NCBI GenBank assembly: GCA_017625755.1
Contig: JAGAKG010000057.1
Coordinates: 1,734 to 65,733 of the forward strand
DNA length: 64,000 bases
Reading direction: 5' to 3'
Source: Clostridia bacterium
GTDB lineage: Bacteria > Bacillota > Clostridia > Oscillospirales > CAG-272
Shown here: positions 29,397 to 39,054 of the stretch, one piece after another
Position numbering within the stretch: the first letter of the stretch is position 1
How the letters are laid out: the number at the start of each line of letters is the position of its first letter
Translations under genes and position numbers: made by a program
Notes under the pieces: model-generated
What the model saw: the letters and a program-made list of their open reading frames with translations, nothing else
What the model was told of the DNA's origin: nothing
Databases searched by the model: none

Positions 29397-30106
29397 TACG
29401 CATATACCTCCTGAAGTTTTTCTACGGCTGCCTTGGAAAGTACAACCTTCTCAGCCTTAAGCACCTCGTAAACATTTATGGTGCTGTACAGAGTTGACTC
29501 AACATTCGGAAGGTTTGCACAGCTCTTAACAACGACCTTGTCAGCCGAGTCGAGAACGATGAGTGCCTTCTGAGGAACAACTGCTGTTCTTGTTTTCTTT
29601 TCTCTTACTGCCTCGCCGTCTTCAACGGTGGTCACCTTGTATGTCTTGGTAACTTCCTTCTCGCATCCGAGAGCCTTGAGCATCTTAGCGATCTCAGCGG
29701 TCTTGAATGTTTCGAGCTTGATATCGTCAACAACGATTATCTCGCCTGCGGCAAACTTAGCAGAAAGCGCGCTGAAGAGAGCAACTCTCTTAGCCTTCTT
29801 GTTCATTGTGATGCGGTAGTCTCTAGGCTTCGGACCGAGAGCAACTCCGCCGTGTGTCCACTGGGGTGCGCGAGTCGAACCCTGACGAGCTCTACCTGTA
29901 CCCTTCTGTCTCCAGGGCTTCTTTCCGCCGCCGGAAACCTCGGTGCGGGTAAGGGTGGACTGTGTGCCCTGTCTCTGATTCATAAGGTAAGTTCTGACAG
30001 CAGCATGGAGGACAGCCTTGTTGACTTCTGCTCCGAATATAACATCGGACAATTTCATCTTGCCGACTTCTTTACCGGTCATATCAAATACTTTTATGTT
30101 TGGCAT
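29396..30106 (-). CDS. rplD: 50S ribosomal protein L4 (with internal insertion)
   Basis: [19 protein letters not shown]...GPKPRDY. Confidence 0.99.
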   Translation of the reverse strand: MPNIKVFDMTGKEVGKMKLSDVIFGAEVNKAVLHAAVRTYLMNQRQGTQSTLTRTEVSGGGKKPWRQKGTGRARQGSTRAPQWTHGGVALGPKPRDYRITMNKKAKRVALFSALSAKFAAGEIIVVDDIKLETFKTAEIAKMLKALGCEKEVTKTYKVTTVEDGEAVREKKTRTAVVPQKALIVLDSADKVVVKSCANLPNVESTLYSTINVYEVLKAEKVVLSKAAVEKLQEVYA

Positions 30107-30126
30107 TTTTTATTTCCTCCTTCCGC

Positions 30127-30756
30127 TTATGCTTTAACCGAATCTCTGATGAAGACTATGCCGTCCTTGGCACCGGGAATAGCGCCCTTGATAGCGATAA
30201 GATTCTTCTCAGCGTCGATCTTTACAACCTTGAGATTGAGAACAGTTACCTGCTCGTTACCGTACTGTCCGGGCATCTTCTTGTTCTTGAAGATTCTTGC
30301 GGGGTCAATAACACCCATAGAACCGGGCTGACGGTGGATAGGACCTGTTCCGTGTGTTGCGCGGAGCATGTGATGATTCCATCTCTTAACTACGCCCGTA
30401 TATCCGCGTCCCTTTGTTATACCTGTTACATCGACCTTGTCGCCTGCGGCGAAGGTATCGGCGGTAATAACATCGCCAACATTGATAGCGGAGCAATCGT
30501 CAAGGCGGAACTCCTTAAGATGCTTCTTTGCGCTTACACCTGCTTTTGCGAAGTGTCCGAGCTCGGGCTTTGTCATGTGCTTTTCCTTTGCGTCCTGGAA
30601 ACCAAGCTGCACTGCATCATAACCGTCCTTCTCGACTGTCTTCTTTTGTGCTACATAGCACGGACCTGCTTCGATTATCGTGACCGGAATTACATTTCCG
30701 ACCTCGTCGAAAATCTGTGTCATACCGATTTTCTTTCCGATAATACCTTTTTTCAT
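30127..30756 (-). CDS. rplC: 50S ribosomal protein L3
   Basis: [10 protein letters not shown]...[12 protein letters not shown]...KMPGQYG; start at ATG 30756. Confidence 0.99.
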   Translation of the reverse strand: MKKGIIGKKIGMTQIFDEVGNVIPVTIIEAGPCYVAQKKTVEKDGYDAVQLGFQDAKEKHMTKPELGHFAKAGVSAKKHLKEFRLDDCSAINVGDVITADTFAAGDKVDVTGITKGRGYTGVVKRWNHHMLRATHGTGPIHRQPGSMGVIDPARIFKNKKMPGQYGNEQVTVLNLKVVKIDAEKNLIAIKGAIPGAKDGIVFIRDSVKA

Positions 30757-30876
30757 TTTTTCTTTCCTCCTGTAAATTATTGGTTGACGCGCATTACGCG
30801 CCAACATGATTTACAAAGTTGCCGAACTGCTTTCGCATCGGCTGTTATCTTTGTTTGGGTGAGATGAGATGCTTGA

Positions 30877-31188
30877 TTAAAGTTTTACCTCTATCTCAAC
30901 ACCGGCGGGGAGCTCTACGCTCATGAGCGCATCAACAACCTTCTGCGAGGGCTTCATGATGTCGATGAGTCTCTTGTGTGTGCGCATTTCAAACTGCTCA
31001 CGGCTATCCTTGTACTTGTGTACCGCGCGGAGAATAGTAACTATCTCCTTTTCGGTGGGAAGCGGGATAGGACCGGAAACCGTTGCGCCGTTTCTCTTCG
31101 CTACTTCAACGATCTTCTCTGCTGCCGCATCGATGAGCGTGTGATCGTAGCTCTTCAGTCTTACTCTGATTCTTTCTTTGACTGCCAC
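30877..31188 (-). CDS. rpsJ: 30S ribosomal protein S10
   Basis: SGPIPLPT...[15 protein letters not shown]; GTG start. Confidence 0.99.
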   Translation of the reverse strand: MAVKERIRVRLKSYDHTLIDAAAEKIVEVAKRNGATVSGPIPLPTEKEIVTILRAVHKYKDSREQFEMRTHKRLIDIMKPSQKVVDALMSVELPAGVEIEVKL

Positions 31189-31419
31189 TGTTTTTGCCTC
31201 CTTTTAAGAATTTTGCCGCGCGTATATATTAAATGAAATATCTTCCGCGCCGACAGCGTTTTTGAAGGGGCGCAATTCTCTCCAACACCGTTCCGTGTGT
31301 TTCTTTTGTGCCCATTTAAAAACCGGAATTGTACCGCATCAGCATCTGCATACAACCTCCGGGAATAAAACGAACACTCAATCACACAGCCTCTGGGTAA
31401 AGACCTTGGAAGGCATTTT

Positions 31420-31520
31420 AAAGATTGCTGTCGCCCGGTTAAAACGGACATACTCCACGAAAATTCCCCATACTACGCAGTGAGCATAGTTATGGCAACC
31501 TCTCGCTTCAACGCATATCA
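31420..31520 (-). promoter_or_regulatory. Conserved 5' leader RNA of the S10 operon (Firmicutes/Clostridia-type rpsJ leader)
   Basis: Minus strand GCGTTGAAGCGAGAGGTTGCC...GGGGAATTTTCGTGGAGTATGTCCG...CGGGCGACAGCAATC resembles, from memory, the conserved leader ahead of rpsJ. It sits in a roughly 330-nt 5' UTR. Confidence 0.6.
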
Positions 31521-31529
31521 AGCCTTTAG

Positions 31530-31558
31530 ATTATACCATATTGTTATGAGATAATCAA
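31530..31558 (-). promoter_or_regulatory. Sigma-A promoter of the S10 superoperon
   Basis: TTGATT-N17-TATAAT with TG before the -10 box. Confidence 0.75.
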
Positions 31559-31875
31559 GATTTTTTTAATAGTCAAAACATAGAAATATCTTAGCCTATC
31601 ATGCCCAAAAATATAACTTTTACACAAAAATGCCACTTTTTTGCCCCAAAAACTTAATTTTTAAAAAATATTTTTCTCTTTCTCGCTCTGTTTTTTGCTC
31701 TTTTTTCTGATTTTTGCAAAAATTTTCGGAATTTTTCACAAAAATGTCCTCTGAAAGTCAAAACACCTCAAACGAGTTCGCTTTGAATCCCATCATACCG
31801 TAGAAACAAGGCTATTCGACCATACAAAAAACAGACAATCTTTCGCATATTTACCCCCGACGCAGCTCCCCGCAC

Positions 31876-32027
31876 TGTCATCTTGAGCGGAGTCTGCCCG
31901 AGATTCCACCTTCGCATTGCTCGGTGCTGCTACGCAATTCGACTGCGCAAACAATTCTCAGGATTGTTTGCTTCGCTCAACGAGTTTATTCGCAAACTCG
32001 TCATGGAGCGTAGCGGAGTAGAATGAC
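31876..32027. repeat. Non-coding palindromic element bounded by TGTCATCTTGAGCG...AGAATGAC
   Basis: Inverted GTCAT/ATGAC ends and nested hairpins (GCAAACAAT..ATTGTTTGC, ACGAGTTT..AAACTCGT). A related end (GCTCAGAATGACGC) occurs near 8848-8862. Confidence 0.55.
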
Positions 32028-32047
32028 GCTTGACAGTGTCGGCGGGG

Positions 32048-32181
32048 TAAAATCTTCAACATTGCTCGTAGGGGAGGGGTCTCCCCTCCCGCAAAAAAGC
32101 AATTTCTCAAAAAATCGGGAGGCGAAACGCCTCCCCTACAAGATTTGGGGTGATTTGTTTGGATATTTTCGCCTTAACAGC
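32048..32181. repeat. REP-doublet element with conserved flanks (MITE/REPIN-like), copy 1
   Basis: AAATCTTCAACATTG..GTAG[REP]-spacer-[REP]CTACAAG..TGATTTGTTTGGATATTTTC; the flanks match 35881-36011. Confidence 0.85.
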
Positions 32182-32190
32182 GACACCCTA

Positions 32191-33603
32191 TTATCCCTCA
32201 AAATCCCTTTTCTTAACTCTCACAACAAGCGAGAGCAGCGCCCTTCCGTTGAAGGGTATGAGCGGATAGAGATACCTGCGTCCTCCATTGACGGTCTTGT
32301 TTGTAAGAAGCAAAATCAAAATAAGCGCGCCTCCCGCAACAAAGCCCCAGAATTTGAATATCGCCGTCAGTAGCAGTAGCATCATTCGCAAAAATTTGAA
32401 GGCATAACCCAGCTCGTAGCTCCTCTGAGTAAAATTCGCTATCGCCACGAACGCCATATATAGAATGACCTCAGGTATAAGCCAACCGATACTCACCGCG
32501 AAATCCCCCAGGATAAGTCCGCCGACCACAGAGAGCGAGTTGGCGAGCATATCGGGGGTGTTCGTCGAGGCGAGTCTGAGCGCGTCTATAATAAACTCAA
32601 CCAGGAATAACTGAACGATTATGGGTATTCTCGCCGAGTTTTCGGGAACGATAAATTGCAGCCACTCGGGTATCATCTCGGGGTACTGCATAAACAGATA
32701 CCACACGGGCGTTATCGTCAGCGTCATAAAAAACACGGCGTAACGGACAAGCCTTATATAGGTTCCCGTTAGCGGAGGAAAATAAAAATCGTTGGTCTCC
32801 TGCATAAAATCGAATATTGACGACGGCAGTATCATCACCTCGGGAGAGTTGTCCATAATTATAGCCACGCTTCCCTCAAGTATCTGCGCCGAGGCTGAGT
32901 CGGGGCGCTCGGTCATTCTTATCTTTGGAAAGGGGTTATACCACCGCGAGCGTATGAGACACTCGGCGAGCGACTGCGCGCCCATAGTCAGCGACTTGGT
33001 CTTTATCCTACGAAGCCGCTCCTCAAGCTCCGCCACATACCGCTCGTCCGCCTTGCCCTTCATATAGCAAAGCACTATATCTGTCTTTGACTCGCTTCCG
33101 ACGGTGATATATTTCATAGTAAGCGAGCAATCGCGTATGCGGCGGCGAATGAGGGCGGTGTTGAATATCATAGTCTCAACGAACCCGTCGCGCGAGCCGC
33201 GCATAACACGGTCGCCCTGCGGCTCCTCGGCGTCACGACCGGGGTAAGTGCGCGAGTCTATGATTATCCCCTCAGCTCCGAAGCTGCTACCGATGAGCAA
33301 AGTCGAGCCCGAGAGAACCATCTGTAGCATAAGGTCCGCATCCGCCACCACATCGGTCTCGACATAGGGCACGCTTCTCTCCATAAATTCAAGCGCGCTC
33401 TCGGGAAGCTTCTTGATCGACAGAAAGTGCATCATAAGCTTCTGCATAACCGTGTCCTTTACAAAGCCGTCTATATAATATAATGATAATTCCCCGTCGC
33501 CGACCTTTAGTATTTTCTTTATCACATCGAAATTCTCGCTCACCGAAAGCGCCGTGTCGAGATATTTCGTGTTATGAAGATAATCCGAAGAAAGTTTGCG
33601 CAT
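32191..33603 (-). CDS. GerA-family A-subunit / SpoVAF-like spore germination protein
   Basis: RGSRDGFVET..NTALIRRRI, FPKIRMTERPD, ILEG, SVVGGLILGDFAV. No B or C subunit genes adjacent. Confidence 0.88.
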   Translation of the reverse strand: MRKLSSDYLHNTKYLDTALSVSENFDVIKKILKVGDGELSLYYIDGFVKDTVMQKLMMHFLSIKKLPESALEFMERSVPYVETDVVADADLMLQMVLSGSTLLIGSSFGAEGIIIDSRTYPGRDAEEPQGDRVMRGSRDGFVETMIFNTALIRRRIRDCSLTMKYITVGSESKTDIVLCYMKGKADERYVAELEERLRRIKTKSLTMGAQSLAECLIRSRWYNPFPKIRMTERPDSASAQILEGSVAIIMDNSPEVMILPSSIFDFMQETNDFYFPPLTGTYIRLVRYAVFFMTLTITPVWYLFMQYPEMIPEWLQFIVPENSARIPIIVQLFLVEFIIDALRLASTNTPDMLANSLSVVGGLILGDFAVSIGWLIPEVILYMAFVAIANFTQRSYELGYAFKFLRMMLLLLTAIFKFWGFVAGGALILILLLTNKTVNGGRRYLYPLIPFNGRALLSLVVRVKKRDFEG

Positions 33604-33635
33604 AATAGCTCCTCATCTTAAATCTGTTTTGGAGT

Positions 33636-33664
33636 TATTATGCGCAATTTTTGAATTTATATAC
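33636..33664 (-). promoter_or_regulatory. Forespore sigma-G-like promoter
   Basis: GTATA-N17-CATAATA directly upstream of the GerA/SpoVAF-like gene. Confidence 0.65.
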
Positions 33665-33716
33665 TTAAATGCTTTATATTTCCAGAAACGCCATGCGTTG
33701 ACTGTCACAAAAGCGG

Positions 33717-34949
33717 TCAGAATCTCAGATAAACAGGAACACCACTCTTATATTCGGGGTATGCCTCGCCCTCAATAAGTGGGAGAATATACCTCGCGCA
33801 AGCCTCGGTCACACCGTTGCCGTCCTCGTTTATAAAGTCCTCGGGCATCATTCTGTTGGCGTTAGCTATCTCCGCTACCGACTTATGCCCCACGGCGCAG
33901 GTGTACGGCTCGTCAGACATTCTCTCAAACACCATCATCTCGCCGCTCACGCCCTCCTCGCACGCCGCTTTGACCGACGCTCTGCCTATCGCGACCGATT
34001 CGCAAAGGTCAGTTGCCGACGCGATATGCGCCGCGCATCTCTGAGGCAAGCTCAGCTCAATCGAACGCACCTTGCATCCGAATCTCCTTTTTATCTCGTC
34101 CTCAAGCACTCTGCCCGCGCCCGCAAGATATTTGTGTCCAAAAACATCTACCGCTCCGCTTTGATGTCCCTCGCCGACATATCTTCCGTCGGCAAATCTC
34201 GCGCCCTCGGAGACGGCTACCACCACATTCGGCTTTTTACCAAGCTCGTCCTCCACATCGCGCAAGAAGCGCTCCATATCAAAATCTCGCTCGGGAAAAT
34301 AGGCAAGGTCTGCCGACTCTCCGCCCACAAATCGCGCGACATCAGCCGCCGCGGTAAGCCAGCCCGCGTTTCTGCCCATGATCTCAACGACGGTCACCGC
34401 GGGAATTTTATACACCGAGCAATCTCTCACGATCTCCTCGACGGTGGTCGCGATATACTTCGCAGCCGTGCCGTATCCAGGGGTGTGGTCGGTTCCGAAA
34501 AGGTCATTGTCAATAGTCTTAGGCACACCGACAATGCGCACCTTATAATCAACACGACCCATATATTCCGAGAGCTTCGCTACTGTATCCATCGAATCGT
34601 TTCCGCCGATGTAAAAGAAATATCTTATATCGTATTTTTTGAAGATATCAACGATACGCTCATACACCGAATCCTCCGCGCCGAGCGTGGGAAGCTTCTT
34701 CCGACAGCTCCCGAGCGCCGCCGCAGGGGTATGCTCAAGCATTTTGAGCTTGTCCTCGCTCTCAAAAATACCGTTCAGCGACAGAATATCCTCCGCGAGA
34801 AATCCCTCGATTCCGTTTCTCATTCCGTAAATCGTTCGGATACACTCCGAGGAAAGAGCCCCTCTTATCACACCCGCAAGTGTTGCGTTTATCGCAGAGG
34901 TGGGACCTCCCGACTGACCGACGATAGCGTTTCCGATAAGTTTTTTCAT
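33717..34949 (-). CDS. pfp: 6-phosphofructokinase, likely PPi-dependent
   Basis: GQSGGPT, GGNDS (Asp typical of PPi specificity), PKTIDND and EIMGRNAGWL. Confidence 0.85.
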   Translation of the reverse strand: MKKLIGNAIVGQSGGPTSAINATLAGVIRGALSSECIRTIYGMRNGIEGFLAEDILSLNGIFESEDKLKMLEHTPAAALGSCRKKLPTLGAEDSVYERIVDIFKKYDIRYFFYIGGNDSMDTVAKLSEYMGRVDYKVRIVGVPKTIDNDLFGTDHTPGYGTAAKYIATTVEEIVRDCSVYKIPAVTVVEIMGRNAGWLTAAADVARFVGGESADLAYFPERDFDMERFLRDVEDELGKKPNVVVAVSEGARFADGRYVGEGHQSGAVDVFGHKYLAGAGRVLEDEIKRRFGCKVRSIELSLPQRCAAHIASATDLCESVAIGRASVKAACEEGVSGEMMVFERMSDEPYTCAVGHKSVAEIANANRMMPEDFINEDGNGVTEACARYILPLIEGEAYPEYKSGVPVYLRF

Positions 34950-35092
34950 TCTTCCTCCATAATAAAAATCAACAATTTCATTAATATTTTACACTAAATG
35001 TCGGATTTTGTCAATAACAAAGACAAACTATCAGTGGATTAAACAGAAAAAGGCTACATATTTATGTATTGATATATTTTTTGGAGGTCTGT

Positions 35093-35779
35093 ATGTTTGC
35101 TTCTATAATTTCTATGTTCTCAAATCTCGTCCATCTTATCCTCGGAATGAACACCCCTCAAAACTTTCCCCCACCACTCTCCGCAAAGCAGGAAGCAGAG
35201 TATTTCAAGCTTCTCGAGGAGGGTGACGAGGACGCCCGTCAGGAGCTGATACTCCACAATCTGCGCCTTGTTTCGCATATCGTAAGGAAATACTACGCGT
35301 CAAGCAAGAATCAAGATGACCTCGTATCGGTGGGTGTTATTGGGCTGGTCAAGGCAGTTGACACCTTCAAGATATCAAACGGCGCGCGTTTTGCTACCTA
35401 CGCCGCCAAGTGTATTCAGAATGAGATACTTATGTATTTCCGCTCACAGAAAAAGCTGAGTGCCGAGGTATCGCTCAACGAGACGATAGATGTGGACCGC
35501 GACGGAAATCCTCTCACCTATATAGATGTAATAAGCTGTGACGAAAGCATACCGAGCGACATTGAAAGAAAGATAAACTCACAGCGCGCGCTCAGATATG
35601 TCAACACCCTGCTCGACGAGCGCGAGCGGCAGATAATCACCCTGCGATACGGACTCGGCGGAGATGAGCCTATGACGCAAAGAGAGGTCGCGACAGTTCT
35701 CGGCATCTCTCGCTCCTATGTCAGCCGAATAGAAAAAACCGCACTCGATAAGCTCCTCTGCGCGTTCAAGGAGATGTGA
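35093..35779 (+). CDS. sigK: Sporulation sigma factor SigK (pro-sigma-K), uninterrupted
   Basis: Hydrophobic pro-sequence, FPPPLS, HNLRLVSHIVRKY, ATYAAKCIQNEILM and TQREVA..LGISRSYVSRIEK. ATG at 35093 behind GGAGG. Confidence 0.9.
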   Translation: MFASIISMFSNLVHLILGMNTPQNFPPPLSAKQEAEYFKLLEEGDEDARQELILHNLRLVSHIVRKYYASSKNQDDLVSVGVIGLVKAVDTFKISNGARFATYAAKCIQNEILMYFRSQKKLSAEVSLNETIDVDRDGNPLTYIDVISCDESIPSDIERKINSQRALRYVNTLLDERERQIITLRYGLGGDEPMTQREVATVLGISRSYVSRIEKTALDKLLCAFKEM

Positions 35780-35880
35780 GTTAGAAAGCAAAATTTCCTG
35801 GCGTATTCTCTGTTGCAAAACTGTTTAAATGTTGATAAAAAAAGCAATAACCTTTCGCATATCTATACCCCAACGGAGAG

Positions 35881-36011
35881 GTGAAATCTTCAACATTGTC
35901 CGTAGGGGAGGCGTTTCGCCTCCCGACAAAAAAGGATTTAAATTGCGGGAGGGGGAACCCCTCCCCTACAAGGTTTGATGTGATTTGTTTGGATATTTTC
36001 ACCCCAACGGC
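35881..36011. repeat. REP-doublet element with conserved flanks, copy 2
   Basis: Same flanks as 32048-32181; GTAG at 35902, CTAC ending at 35969. Confidence 0.85.
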
Positions 36012-36054
36012 AAGATGATATTTTATACCGTAGGGCGGGGGCTTGCTCCCGCCG
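36010..36054. repeat. GTAG-REP with 20-nt leader shared with 49111-49159
   Basis: GCAAGATGATATTTTATACCGTAGGGCGGG is identical in both places. Confidence 0.85.
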
Positions 36055-36088
36055 CTTTGTCTTGTTTGATTTTTGTTCATCACACATC

Positions 36089-36124
36089 AAAATCGGCAGA
36101 AACGAAAATTTCTGCCGATTTTTT
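36089..36124. terminator. Bidirectional terminator between sigK and recX
   Basis: AAAATCGGCAGAAA-cgaaaa-TTTCTGCCGATTTT. Confidence 0.8.
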
Positions 36125-36162
36125 GTATGTTATACACCCTGCGAATCCGCGCAGAGACGCTT

Positions 36163-36801
36163 TCACTCTCCGCTTTCGATAATATAAAAGGCGTTTTTTA
36201 TCTCAGACGGGCTATATCCGTATCGGAGCAAGGACGCAAAAAGCTTCTTTTTCTCATTAGCGTCCTCGGGCAAGCCCCTGAATTTCTTTTCTATCAGGCT
36301 CACGCACCTGCCCTCAAAGTCAACCTCTCCAAGCGACTCTATCGCGCCGCGCACCGCCGCCTCGGAATATCCCTTCTCGTAAAGTGCCGCCGCAATTCGC
36401 CGCCTGCCCCAGTATTTACCGACGCATCTCTCAGCTTCACGCTCGGCGTCCTTCTCCTCGTTTATATAGCCAAGCTCAACGAGGTACTCCGCCGCAGACG
36501 CGGCAACCTCCGCCCCAAAGCCCTTGGAACGGAGCTTGAGACGCATATTTTTCTCCGAGCAAGCGCCGTATCCGAGGATATTCATTCCCCGCTTCACCGC
36601 CGCGCATATCTCTGCCGCCTCGGAAAGCTCGTCAAAGCTCTCCTCGCTTATCTCGCCCTTCTCGGGGCGAAGCGCGGCGTACTGCCGTGAAAGCAGAACA
36701 AGCTCACGCTTTTCCGAATGCTCGCCATCGGAAAGGCAGACCGAAAGCACTATATCCGAGCCGCCGTTTATTGCGCGCACAGATGTGACTGTAACCGTCA
36801 T
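36163..36801 (-). CDS. recX: Regulatory protein RecX
   Basis: Directly downstream of recA; SEKNMRLKLRSKG...GYINE...WGRRRI..ALYEKG...LLRYGY. Confidence 0.88.
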   Translation of the reverse strand: MTVTVTSVRAINGGSDIVLSVCLSDGEHSEKRELVLLSRQYAALRPEKGEISEESFDELSEAAEICAAVKRGMNILGYGACSEKNMRLKLRSKGFGAEVAASAAEYLVELGYINEEKDAEREAERCVGKYWGRRRIAAALYEKGYSEAAVRGAIESLGEVDFEGRCVSLIEKKFRGLPEDANEKKKLFASLLRYGYSPSEIKNAFYIIESGE

Positions 36802-37919
36802 TACTCGTCAGACTCGGTCTTGAGAGTTCTGATGTCGAAATCGTCGTCAAGATCCTCGTCAAGCTCGAATGTATCCTCTGTCGTCTCTATATTATCCTTC
36901 ATGCTTCTTACCTTAGCGTCAAGCTCGGCAAGCAGCTCGGGATTAGACTCGATAAGCTTGCGCACATTGTCCTTACCCTGACCTATTCTCTCGCCGTTAT
37001 AAGAGAACCACGAGCCGCTCTTTTTTATAATGCCGAGCGCGATACAGTAGTCGATAATCTCGCCCGAGCGGGAAATTCCCTTACCGTAAAGTATATCGAA
37101 CTCCGCAACCTTGAAGGGGGGAGCGACCTTATTCTTGACTATCTTACATCTTACATGGTTTCCGTAGATATCGCTTCCGTTCTTGAGCTGGTCTGCCTTG
37201 CGCACATCAATTCTGACAGACGCGTAGAATTTCAGCGCGCGTCCGCCGGGGGTAGTCTCGGGGTTGCCGTACATCACGCCGACCTTCTCACGAAGCTGGT
37301 TGATAAAGATAACTACCGCGTTGCTCTTTGAGATAACAGCCGAGAGCTTTCTCATAGCCTGAGACATAAGTCTTGCCTGAACGCCGACCTGCGACTGTCC
37401 CATATCTCCCTCTATCTCCTGTCTCGGAACGAGCGCCGCGACCGAGTCGATAACGACGACATCAATGGCTCCCGAGCGCACGAGTGCCTCGGTGATATCG
37501 AGCGCGTCCTCACCGCAGTCGGGCTGGGAGACGAGCAGATTGTTTATATCAACTCCGAGAGCCTTTGCGTAAACGGGGTCGAGCGCGTGCTCGGCGTCGA
37601 TAAACGCCGCCTCGCCGCCTGTTTTCTGCACCTCTGCGATTATGTGAAGCGCAACCGTCGTTTTACCCGAGGACTCGGGGCCAAAAATCTCGATAATTCT
37701 TCCTCTCGGAACTCCGCCTATACCAAGCGCGAGGTCGAGCGCGATAGAGCCTGTGCTGACCGCCTGAACCTCAAGGTGGGAATTCTCTCCCAATTTCATA
37801 ATAGAACCCGCGCCAAAATCCTTTTCAAGCTGAGCAATAGCGGTATCAAGGGCTTTTTTCTTAGCCGCCTTGTCGCTATCTCTCGGAATCATATCGATCT
37901 TCTTTTTTGCAGTTGCCAT
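36801..37919 (-). CDS. recA: Recombinase RecA
   Basis: [26 protein letters not shown] and [12 protein letters not shown]. Confidence 0.99.
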   Translation of the reverse strand: MATAKKKIDMIPRDSDKAAKKKALDTAIAQLEKDFGAGSIMKLGENSHLEVQAVSTGSIALDLALGIGGVPRGRIIEIFGPESSGKTTVALHIIAEVQKTGGEAAFIDAEHALDPVYAKALGVDINNLLVSQPDCGEDALDITEALVRSGAIDVVVIDSVAALVPRQEIEGDMGQSQVGVQARLMSQAMRKLSAVISKSNAVVIFINQLREKVGVMYGNPETTPGGRALKFYASVRIDVRKADQLKNGSDIYGNHVRCKIVKNKVAPPFKVAEFDILYGKGISRSGEIIDYCIALGIIKKSGSWFSYNGERIGQGKDNVRKLIESNPELLAELDAKVRSMKDNIETTEDTFELDEDLDDDFDIRTLKTESDE

Positions 37920-37970
37920 AACGCACCTCTCGTATGTAAAAATTCAGTAATATTACCCATCGGTGACTAC

Positions 37971-37999
37971 ATTATACAACCATAATTTCTCTTTGTCAA
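37971..37999 (-). promoter_or_regulatory. Consensus sigma-A promoter of recA
   Basis: TTGACA-N17-TATAAT. Confidence 0.85.
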
Positions 38000-38100
38000 T
38001 AGTTTTTTGGAATATTTTTTCTTAAAACGGAAAAATTTATTTATTAGCAGATTGTTTTTAATTCCGTATATAAAAAATAAATTCCGTTTGAAGAAAATAT

Positions 38101-38129
38101 ACCCGTTGACCAATTTTAGGTCAACGGGT
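38101..38129 (-). terminator. Terminator hairpin after the DUF4234 gene
   Basis: ACCCGTTGACC-aatttta-GGTCAACGGGT. Confidence 0.65.
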
Positions 38130-38140
38130 GATTATCCCTC

Positions 38141-38581
38141 TTATTCTTCAGGGTCTGTTATACCGAGCGCCGACTTCGTTCTCAGTCTTGCGTTGTACTT
38201 GCTTGCAAGCTCATTGGTAGTCTCAAACACCTTGTGAATTCCGACATAGCTAGCGATTCCGCACATAAAGGCTCCGAGAATCATACACACCAGCATATAT
38301 CCGCCGTTCAGAGAGGTGTCCACATCCTGCTTCTTCGCCTCTCGTCCGAGCATATCGGCAATACGGAACCACCAGAAAAAGCTATACAATCCAAGAGTAA
38401 GGAAAGAAAGGAGTATGTAAGCAGCTACGCCCGAGCTCTTTTTTCCGCCGTCGGCGCAAAGCTCATTGACATCCTCAGCCAGGTGGTGTATGCACCACAA
38501 GGGGTAGATTCCAAAGGTCAGCACACCTAAAATGATGTAGGGAACGATACTTCTGTCGTCTTTCATTCTTTTTATTTGCAT
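38141..38581 (-). CDS. DUF4234-family membrane protein
   Basis: Duplicated L..LTFGIY / LSFLTLGLY..FW helical hairpins. Confidence 0.75.
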   Translation of the reverse strand: MQIKRMKDDRSIVPYIILGVLTFGIYPLWCIHHLAEDVNELCADGGKKSSGVAAYILLSFLTLGLYSFFWWFRIADMLGREAKKQDVDTSLNGGYMLVCMILGAFMCGIASYVGIHKVFETTNELASKYNARLRTKSALGITDPEE

Positions 38582-38586
38582 TTCAG

Positions 38587-39021
38587 TTATCCTCCAAAGC
38601 TTTTCATAAAAAATTTAAAAATTCGGTAAATCGCGCCCTCCTCGGGTCGCCAGACCACTATATCTCCGCCGCCGTAAATCATTCTCAGTACATATACTGC
38701 GAGCATCAACGCCGCGATAACGCCCATAACGCAGTATACGGCTTTTCGCCACTTGTTCGCCCCGAGAAAGAGCAGAAGCATGGCAACTATCGGCAAAAGC
38801 GGCCAGAGCGGATGATAGGAAAACGCCGCCCCAAAATTGAAGCACAGCGCACTCACGCAGGCGCGAGTCATACCGCAACCGGGGCAGGATATGCCCGTCA
38901 GAAACTTTATCGGACAGCCTATCCCCGTAATATGTGTCAACAACATCAGCAAGAGTATCGCAAGCAGCGCCATAAGGTGCGTCTTGTGTCTCAGCCATAA
39001 ATCGAACATCCGTTTTCGCAT
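38587..39021 (-). CDS. DUF2752-family membrane protein
   Basis: CPIKFLTGISCPGCGMTRA...AFSYHPL. Confidence 0.9.
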   Translation of the reverse strand: MRKRMFDLWLRHKTHLMALLAILLLMLLTHITGIGCPIKFLTGISCPGCGMTRACVSALCFNFGAAFSYHPLWPLLPIVAMLLLFLGANKWRKAVYCVMGVIAALMLAVYVLRMIYGGGDIVVWRPEEGAIYRIFKFFMKSFGG

Positions 39022-39054
39022 ATCATCCTCTGAATTAATACTTATAAGCCTTTA

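Noticed and set aside
31860-32190. Possible CRISPR array or ncRNA in the palindrome-rich gap
   Set aside because: There are no regularly spaced identical repeats with unique spacers and no cas genes. REP/MITE-like elements explain the structure.
35093-35779. skin-like element interrupting sigK
   Set aside because: The reading frame is continuous from pro-sequence to region 4 and no recombinase is adjacent.
35781-36083. 100-aa ORF (and the similar 32023-32373 ORF) as real genes
   Set aside because: They translate REP palindromes (VGEGFPLP, VGEGSPLP) and have no RBS; they are spurious.
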